From Flaccisagitta enflata (Eukaryota), in the NCBI GenBank assembly GCA_965153355.1, contig OZ231126.1, forward strand, positions 43,958,001 to 44,022,000: a stretch of DNA of 64,000 bases. The letters are read 5' to 3'. The notes below the pieces were generated by a model that was not told the origin of the DNA, did no database searches, and saw only the letters and a list, made by a program, of their open reading frames with translations. The number at the start of each line of letters is the position of its first letter. The first letter of the stretch is position 1. Positions 37,452-64,000 of the stretch are shown here, piece by piece. Both the position numbers and the translations under genes were made by a program.

Positions 37452-39738
37452 TCATGGTCCAAATCCTAGCCTCGAGGCCCAGATCCCAGCCTTGAGGCCA
37501 AAATCTCAGCCTTAAGGTTAGGATCTGAGCCTCCAGGCTAGGATTGGGGCCTTGAGGCTGCGATTTGGGCCTCGAGGTTGGGATTTGGGACTCGAGACTG
37601 GAATTTGAGGGGGACGTAGAAGAAGAAATTTCCCCACATATTTGAAAGCATAGGTCATCGACCCCATCGAGTCCGCTGCCCATACAGGGGACCAACCGGT
37701 CTATCAACCCATCGACAGACCAAAGGATCGAGTTGCGTAGCACACGACTAAAACTTAAATCGATTAGGGCAATGTGCTGAAGTTTTCTTTTCCTTTGAAG
37801 CTGTTGAAGCTGTTGAATTTTCCGTTTCCTAGATATCTACCTACCGACACGCATAAAACTAGGACCATGGCTAATCTAAGTCACCATCGACATACCATGC
37901 AAAGGAACAGAAGAATATGGGTTTTACAGAAGTACTTGTTCTCGAATGAAAGTTTTTCAAAACATGCAGACAGGATCCCCCAATCTGTATTTCCTTGCTA
38001 TCGAGAAAAAATAGTTTCTCGGAAGAGCGAAACGGCCAACCACTCACACATGAGTGAATTTTCTCCTCTCTACAGCATGTGTTAAACTCATTGAGTAGGA
38101 CAAGCACATAAAACCCATGATCCACTGTTGATCAAACATTTCCCCATAGTTTCATTTACAAACCCTTGATATAGTCAACAAAACCCAGCGCTAAACATTG
38201 TTTAGTAAACAACCCACCCCAACCTCACCCGGGTAAACACAATTCACTGGCACATAAAATCCAGGGGAAGTCCCCTAGGGTACATTGGGGGAGAAGGAGA
38301 TACTGGAGTAATGATGCAATAAAGACTACATTCAGACGCGTAAGTAACCATTTTCCTGTTCAGGTTTGGAAGGATTAGAAAATGTTTTGTGTCACTTTCT
38401 AACCCACCCAACCCTAAAGCAAAATGAACTATGATAGACTTGAAATTTGGTACGGAAAGTCCTTGAGGGACTATTTTTTGGGGATATCTTGAGTGATTTT
38501 TATATTTTCGCCCCTGACCCGAGATACAGGGGTAAGGCGGAAAAATCCCGGAGGTCTGAGGGTTAACAAATGTCAATATTTTTTTCAGTTATTTGTTTTT
38601 GAAGTTCTTTAAAATGTTTACGCTCTTAAAAATGCTATTTAGAATGCTTACGCTATAAATTAGGATTTGTTGTCGATTTGTCAAAGAAAACAAAATCTTT
38701 TATATTTTGTTTGTAGTCGTCTGGTAAATTGTTTCACCTTCTTTACAATTGCATAAATTTTCAAAATTTTAGATACAGGACTGGGATACAGGACTGGGAT
38801 TTGACCAATTTGTAGGATTTTAAAAATGTAGAAAGAATCATGGATATCAAGTCCATATTAGCCAGTACTGGCTACTTATTCATGCGCCACACTGTGCATT
38901 GCATGACATACACAGGTACTTAACGAGGCTACCGTCTAGGGAAAGCTTTTTTATCAGTTACAAGAACGGATCATAATCGTGTAATACCATCTTAAATCTG
39001 CTAACGATAACAAGTTGGATTAATTCTTAATGATACATTTTAGTCAATAACTGATCCACATTAAGGACTTATAGTTTGCAAAAAAATCAAGTTAATCGTT
39101 AACGACAGTTTTTGAAACAACTAGCTAAAACAGGGATTCAGCAAATTTGTCACTATTCCAACAATTTTTTCCACAAAATCATTTCCATGTTGAGTTGTTT
39201 TTTGTTAATGAAAGTTGTGATTTGAATAAGGACATTGAGCCAAAAACCGCCTTTTTACAAAATTCGGGAGCTATAGGTATTTCAAATGTTTAGACGAAAA
39301 ACCCATTCCCCTAGGTGACTATCTGTCTTCGATGTAACAACACCTTAACTATTGCAAGAAGCTCATAATGAGTTTGTGATAAAGTGGGAGATGTGGCAAC
39401 CTATTTACAAATATGAATAAAGGTTTGATGGACGCCTATCTTTTAGGATTAGAAAAGAAATGATTGCTTGTCAGGGATACCTGTGCATCAAATTCTACTA
39501 TTAAATTCGTAGCTTTAGAAAAAAAAGAGGGAGCCAAATTAGTAGAAGATGCAAAGTCGTACAGTCGAAAGTCACGAAATCCCTCAACGCCCTATCATGC
39601 CCTGGGCCCACCCATAAATTTGGTTATTTGGTTCTAACACCATCAACATTATTCTTCACCGAGCAGAAAGCTGTGACGAAATCGGATTCTTATTATCTTA
39701 TGAATTCCTGATTGACCAATTGACGCCAATCAGGCTAT

Positions 39739-57411
<17,673 letters not shown>

Positions 57412-57660
57412 GATTCCCTAATCCTCGTGTTTTTTCCTATTAAGGAGCTGGACACTGTAGGCTCGGCGTGCGTCGAGTAATTTTTTTTTGTCGGAGAGAC
57501 AGGCGACGATATACTTTTGTTTTTTTCTTCTTATTGTTCCCTTGAGCCCATTTCCCTCATTTTAGGCGCCAGTTCAGCGTCAAGGACATAATTCCAATTT
57601 TGACGCGGCGCGACCCTGGAGCGTGAACCTTGAGAAAAGGATTTGAATGAGCATGCGATA
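57412..57660 (-). promoter_or_regulatory. Putative FAM120A 5'UTR/promoter (CpG-enriched)
   Basis: CpG-rich patch (ggctcggcgtgcgtcg, gacgcggcgcgacc) directly upstream of the ATG at 57411; assignment is by position only. Confidence 0.4.
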
Positions 57661-57680
57661 AAAAACACATATCCGTCATT

Positions 57681-58904
57681 GGTCCCGGTGTAGGAGCCTG
57701 TCGGACTAAGTTTACAGTTACCTGACCTGAGCATTGTCACCGATTTCAACAGGGTGAAACATTCGGAGCAGGTAGAGAGATCTTAGGGTCTGGTCTATGG
57801 GCAGGGTTGAGTCTAGGGGTATGGTTGGGTCTAGGGTTACGGTTGGGTTTAGAAATAGAGTTGGGTTTAGGACTAAGGTCGGGTATAGTATAGGGGTAGG
57901 GGTGGGTGTAGCGTAAAAATGCTTAGACACATGCTTACCACTAATGGCTATCGCCATGAGGGAAAAGTTGTAAGCATTTGACACTTTCCAAACTTCTGTC
58001 TACAGTTACTACAAGTTAGATTACTGCAAGTTAGATTAAACCTAGAGTAATAGTATGTATTGATTGCACTGAAAATCAGAAAAAAACAGGACTGAGCCAA
58101 ATGAGATAAATGAGCTAAAATAATCAAAATCACACACGGATGACCAGCTGCGCTCACTGACATGCTTTCTGGTATTTGCATGCTCAGACATGCATCAAAA
58201 CATTTATTTATCGCATTTAAATTTTAATGAAGCTAAATGGGCTAGAATACTCAAAAACATCCTCACAGATGAGCAGCTTTGCTAATAAACATGCTTTCTT
58301 GTATTTACATGCTCAAACAAACCTAAATACACTCCTTTTCTTATCCTACTTAAAAAAAAATTCAATTTGAATTTTTTGAAAAAATATCATTACTTTAAAG
58401 TTATTTGTCAGAGCATTCTGCTTGGCGCCAGATGGAGAATTATCAAATTTACCTACCCTATCAATTTCATTTCAAGAAAAAAAATTCATTGAAGGGGCAT
58501 TCGGTCGATCGAGAGCCGGAATTACCTCAGACAAAAACCATAATGTTCTTATAAACAAGGTTCTTAGTCAAAGAAATGAGTATGCAAATCAGGTCCTCAA
58601 AAAAAATTTGCTAAAAAACGGAAAATGAAACGATTTTTGATAAAACAAAAATGGCCCTACTCCTAAAAATGGCCCTACTCCTAAACTCAACCCTACCTCA
58701 ATACCCAACCCAACCACTAGACCCAATCCAACCCTTGGACCAAACTATGCTCCACAGTCTTCTCCGAATGTTCCATCCTGTTGTAATTGGTGATAATGGC
58801 GAGGTCTTCTCCAAATGTTCCACCCTATTGAAATTGGTGATAAAAGTTAAGTCAGATTATTCAGATAACTGCAAACTAAGTCCTGCCGGCTAGACCGATA
58901 GACC
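57681..58904. mobile_element. Element with long imperfect inverted arms containing degenerate telomere-like units
   Basis: The reverse complement of the left end (tcaggtaactgtaaacttagtcc...gacc) matches the right end (tcagataactgcaaactaagtcc...gacc); both arms contain ctccgaatgtt..ccctgttgaaat.ggtga and ctagacccaacc units. Confidence 0.7.
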
Positions 58905-59551
58905 TGCCGGCTTAACCGATAGGACTACTTCTAAAGCCTACTATCGCCAGTTGACCGGCAATCAGGGGTGTATGTAGTTCCACAACCTTTGATTATTTCT
59001 CCCCCCCCCCCCCGCCTTTGATTTTCTTCCCCACGACGCATCGCGTTGCGTTAAAAAATCAATGGTTTTCTACCCCATAAAGCAATAAAACAATGTGTTT
59101 AAGGTTTAAATTATGTTTTACTTATGTTTAATGACTTTTTACTGCCAATAGTTATATTTTCCCCCAATTTTTTTTCTTTTTTTCCTCCTTTTGCTTCCCT
59201 TTCTCCAAACCCTTTGATTATTTCCCCCCCCCCTCCCACTGGGGCAATCCCAGCAAATACAATGCAATGATAAGAAAAAAGATACGCATCTCTCTCTCTC
59301 TCTTTGTACATATTCGTCTTTTTTTTTTCGGTTCCGTTATGGTCTCTCCCTCTCGTGTACAGATTCGTTTTTTTTTCTCTGTTCCATTTCATTTTTCGTG
59401 ATTGTGATGTGACTTTGTTGTTTTCGTTACAAATAATAACATTATTTCTGCAACAATAACCGACTGACGGACCATTAACTATGCCAATGAGTAAGAAGGG
59501 TTTCGCCGTTATACTCATTTTTTGTCTCTCTTAACTTTCCCTTTCAGAAAA

Positions 59552-60134
59552 AACAAGGCCGGATACACGGCTACCCCAGTCGCGTGCGGGTGGGCAGGGG
59601 CCATAATTGAGGTCAGTGGAACATTTGGGCAGGAGCAATAAGCCCAAAACCCCCATTAACGCCGAAAAAGTAAAGTGGGACGGACGGACGGACCGACGGA
59701 CCGACCGACAAAGCGGGGTGTAGAGTCGCGTAGCACGCGACTAAAAACAAGGCCGGATACACGGCAATCCCGTCGCGGACGGTTTGGCAGGGGCGATGCG
59801 AAAACTGCTCGCAATTCAAAAATGTGACGGACCGACGGACCTACCGACCGACACGGCAGAATGTAGAGTCGCGTGTCCGTGACTAGAAGAGAAAAAAATA
59901 CGAGCTTTGTTATCCTGATTTATAGAATAAGACAATAAACAAAATGACATTGATCAAATTCAAATAAAAGCAGTTGTAAGCGATGGATGAACATGACTAG
60001 GCCGGCTACACAGTAATCCAGTCGCGGACGGTTAGGCAGGAGCAGTAGTGCGAAAACCACTAGAAATCCAAAAAAGGTTACGGGACGGACCGACGGACCA
60101 ACAATGAAAGGTAAAGAGTAGCGTGTCCGCGACT
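59552..60134 (+). mobile_element. Three co-oriented HINE-like copies (A 59552-59742, A' 59746-59884, A' ~59995-60134)
   Basis: Each has the ggccgg.tacac head, a 5' key, (gacg/gacc)n and a 3' hairpin; the first two abut through an A5 run. Confidence 0.9.
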
Positions 60135-60398
60135 AAAAATGTAAAAAAAAAAAAGTAAATCTAAATGATCATTCAGTAATACCGAGCGAGGACCCTCTGC
60201 AAGTACTAGGACCCGATCGAGCATATTTAGACTGAAGACAACACCCCTTGCGACGTCATTTACTAAACTATTAAACAAAAGACAGTTTAAGCGGACACGC
60301 AACTCTATAAGAAGCTTAATCCCTCCGTCGGTCTGTTTTTCCAGACCGAGATGACTGGGATAAGTTTGCAAAAACATGCATTGCCGCACCGGGCAAAG

Positions 60399-61100
60399 GT
60401 GAAGGAGACGGCCGCACTCATGTCAACGTATGTTTCGGCATTTTTTCATGCGCTGCCACTGACGATGAATTTTTGGTGACATCCCTACCGCTAAATTTAA
60501 CCCTACCCCTAAACCCAACCCTACCGCTAAACCCAACCCTACCCCTGAACCCAACCCTACCCCTGAACCCAACCCCTAAACCCAACGCTACCCCACCCCT
60601 AAACCCAACCCTATTGTTAAACCCAACCTTACTGTTAAACCCAACCTTACTGTTAAACCCAACCCTACTGTTAAACACAGCCCGAACCCTAAACCCAACC
60701 CTACCCCTAAACCCAACCCTACCCCTAAACTCAACCCTACCCCTAAACTCAACCCTACCCCTTAACTCAACCCTACCCCTAAACCCAACCCTACCCCTAA
60801 ACCCAACCCTACCCTTAAACCCAACCCTACCCCTAAACCCAACCCTACCCCTTAACCCCGCCTTACCCCTAAAGCCCGCCCGACCCCTAAACTCAATCCT
60901 ACCCCTAAACTAAACCCTACCCCTAATCTCAACCCTACCTCTAATCTCAACCCTACCCCTGAGCCCAACTCTACCCCTACCCCAAAGCCCAACCCTACCC
61001 CTAAAACCAAATTCCAACCTATCCAAATATTCAACCCTGTTGAAATTGGTGATTAAACTAAGGTTGGAAAGGTACAAACTAGTGCGGCCGTCTCCTTCAC
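60399..61100. mobile_element. MITE with 20-bp perfect TIR enclosing an 18-bp telomere-like minisatellite
   Basis: gtgaaggagacggccgcact (60399-60418) / agtgcggccgtctccttcac (61081-61100); array (CTAAACCCAACCCTACCC)n at ~60482-61010. Confidence 0.85.
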
Positions 61101-61479
61101 GTAGACCCCGCAGGGCAAACAGTTTTTAACCCCGACGTATTTGTTTCTCATCATCTTTTTTCTATAAATCTTTGGTTGCCATGGGTGACTTGTAATGCCG
61201 TTTCATCCAGCCGTTGCTAGGGCCAATGAAAAAATAGAATTAATTCGCTTACTTGCAATTTTGCACTTACTGTCTTCCGATCAATTGAGAAAAGCTTAAA
61301 AAAAGCAGAAATTGTCGTCCCCTTTTTTACCCAAACTTTTACCCAAACTTGAACGGATCGACCGATTGAATTGATTTTTTACATGGTACCATCATATGAC
61401 CTTGTCTACTGATGAATGAAGTTACACGAAATTTCAGATGGTGCAACCATCCAAACCAGCCTACCTAGCTAATAACTAA

Positions 61480-62436
61480 CTATGGCAAAATAAAAAAAGA
61501 CAGTAATTTTCAAAATGATGATAAAGAGCTTAGTTTTTTAGACAGCTATGATCTGTCAAGAAGTTTGTCAAATATACCCAGCAAAAAATGATCTTGAAAA
61601 GTGATTTTTGCACCCATAAGCGATTTTTGCAAAATTTGTCTATTGAACAATCGCCGAGTTGGTATCAGTTTCAGTTTAGATCTAACTTTAAAAATCAACT
61701 GTGAGCTCAATTTTTAGAGCATGATCAAAATTTTTGAGATGGTGATAGCATGTCAAATTTCTGACACAGTGAAAAAATCAGAATTTAAAAAAGTTTATTT
61801 TTGTAGCTGCAACATCGATTTTTGTGAAATTGGTTGAAGTTGGATGGTCAAAATAAAAAAATATTTATTCAGAATTGATTTCAAATGATTATCTTTTTTT
61901 GCAGCTTCATATTTTTTTTAGATGATGATAGTATGACAAGTTTTTGACGCAGCAAAAAAATCAGAACTCAAAAAAGTGTATTTTTGCACAAGTATCATCA
62001 ATTTTTGTGAATAAACCTCCAATAAAAACTCTAGAATTGATATCCAGTTTTGATGGATTTTACAAGAATTGATGTAGAGGGTACAAAAATAGACTTTTTT
62101 GAATTCTGATTTTTTTGCTATGTCAGAAATTTGACCTGCTATCACCATCGAAGAAATATTGATCTTGCTCTAAAAATTGAGCTCAGAGTAAATTTTCAAA
62201 GTTTGATATGAACTGAAACCTATTTGATAAAAGTTCAAGTTCTCAAAGTTTAATGCAAGCGGTTCTTAGAATCCGTTATGCTGCGGGAGCAAAAATTAAC
62301 TTTTTTCAAGATCTGATTTTTTTACCAGGTAGAAAATTTGACAAACTATCACAGTCTAAAAAATTATAAAGCTGCTCTGAAAAATGAGCTCACAATATTA
62401 TTTTGAAAATTACTGTCTTTTTTTATTTTGCCATGG
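61480..62436. mobile_element. Fold-back-like element with modular inverted arms
   Basis: atggcaaaataaaaaaagacagtaattttcaaaat / attttgaaaattactgtctttttttattttgccat; an inner ~100-bp IR at 61703-61803 / 62085-62183. Confidence 0.7.
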
Positions 62437-63287
62437 TTACAAATCAGCGTAGCTTAAAAAATATTCCATGAAATTTTCTGAAATTTTGCATAAACAACCA
62501 TCCATCCCTTGGACAAATCCTGGGGAAGTTGTACGGTGATCATGTAATTACTTTGGCCGTGATCGCAAAAAGCATTTTTTTTACGCTATCAAAAACAGGA
62601 AATTCATGGAAGTTTTTTGAGGTGTTTATGCATTAGCACATGCTGACACAGGAAGTATCCTCGGATGATATGCCAGGTCATAACACGTCTTTGCTAGTCA
62701 TGGTAGCTACGTTTAAGCGAGTTTTCTGGAACCAATATCGTTTCTGTCATTTGCCATGGGCTGCTGATGGCAGGGACCTCCTCCAAACTCAGTAAAGTGA
62801 CAACAAGGATGTCATTCATAATCATCTTAAATGACACCAAGGGTCCAAAATTGCGTGGTCGCGCATTCTGCTATCAATACATTTATTTTTATTAAAAAAT
62901 TATGAAAAAAAATCATTATCTGTTGGAAGCAGCTCACTGGTAAGGCGATAAATTCCAGTAAGCCTCTGATTAAGAAGAACACTCAAACGTTCCCCAAAAT
63001 TTGGGATGGCCTGAGCGTAAAATGGCGGAAATGCACTGTGCCGGGGGCGCAACAACAACGCCATTTTCCGCTGCGTGTCGATAAAATTTGATTCATTGCA
63101 ATTCCGTGTCGGGGACGGAACGGTAGGACATGGAAGTTTAGTTAGTAGTTTAGTTTTTGAATTAAGAAGAAAGACTTCATTTTTCTCCATTTGTAATGAG
63201 GTTATTATCAGAGAGTTATTCGCGTCAATGTTTCTTTGTCAATCTGTTTGTGTGTTCATCGGTCTTTTAATCAGTTAGTTTCTCTGT

Positions 63288-63289
<2 letters not shown>

Positions 63290-63352
<63 letters not shown>
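63290..63352 (+). repeat. (CA)n microsatellite
   Basis: Seen directly. Confidence 0.97.
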
Positions 63353-63354
<2 letters not shown>

Positions 63355-63389
63355 GCGTTGTCGATACAGAGGATATTTGAGATATAATG

Positions 63390-63574
63390 AACAAAGGCCG
63401 ATACACGGCTGCACCCCAGTCGCGGGGTGGGTGGGCAGGGGCCGATTTGCGTCACTTGATCAATTGCAGGGAGAAAGAGGGCTAAAGACTGCAAAAGCCA
63501 AAAAGTAACAAACGGACAGACCCACGGGACTGGACGGACCGACAAAGCAGGGAGTAGAGTCGTAGCATGCGACT
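63390..63574 (+). mobile_element. HINE-like family A copy
   Basis: aacaaaggccgatacacggctgcaccccagtcgcgg...gacggaccgacaaagcagggagtagagtcgtagcatgcgactaaaa. Confidence 0.8.
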
Positions 63575-64000
63575 AAAAGATAAAGCAAAAAAGAAAATGA
63601 TCATAATCAATTTGAAAATATAATCTAGCAATTAGTCAAACAAGGCTGCGAGGCTGATTCAGGGTGATGTGGATCGTCGACTGAATGCGTTACCAACCAA
63701 CTCATTGCACCAACCGCAACCAACCGGACCAACGGACACAGCTGTTGGTAGAGGTGCTTTGTCGCACCTAAAAATACAAATGAAAAAATGAATGAAAGAA
63801 AGGACTACTGAAAGCACAGTAAAGAATGAACAAAGAAATCAGTTTACGAAGATGAAAGAAAGAGCAAGAAAAGTAGAAGATAGGAACAAGACCTCTTTGT
63901 TTTTCGTTTTCCTCACATAATCCTCCTGTCTTCTTCTTTGTCTGTCTTTCTCCAGCATTATTCATCTTTCTAATTTTTTACATTTTTTTCTCTCTCTCTC

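Noticed and set aside
59552-59742. Family A interpreted as a tRNA-derived SINE
   Set aside because: No recognisable Pol III A/B boxes or TSD; the paired sub-terminal keys and 3' hairpin fit HINE-like DNA elements better.
60482-61010. True telomere or chromosome-fusion scar
   Set aside because: The unit is an 18-bp composite in one orientation, enclosed by TIRs and internal to the sequence.

Overview
Eukaryotic (metazoan, probably invertebrate) AT-rich genomic DNA. It carries two intron-rich genes, both on the minus strand, which I assembled by hand from GT-AG boundaries with continuous reading phase. The first is a FERM domain-containing protein 4 (FRMD4A/B-like) gene: 30 coding exons, 30237->4626, about 1776 aa. 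The second is a FAM120A-like gene (constitutive coactivator of PPAR-gamma-like, PIN-like domain): 17 coding exons, 57411->39739, about 1153 aa. Introns and intergenic DNA are densely filled with non-autonomous mobile elements. The most striking are several short families with a DINE-1/HINE (Helentron-associated)-like layout: a 5' sub-terminal repeat, an optional tandem-repeat core, a (GACG/GACC)n microsatellite, a 3' hairpin, and insertion into A/T runs without a TSD. Their 5' and 3' keys change together from family to family. They nest up to four levels deep, form head-to-tail trains, and host satellite-like arrays (20, 21, ~150/300 and ~167 bp units). TIR-MITEs with TA, TTA, 5-bp and 8-bp TSDs are also present, including a family carrying a telomere-like G-quadruplex minisatellite. 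I saw no rRNA, tRNA, CRISPR or transposase gene. Gene names come from my recognition of family motifs, not from a database search.
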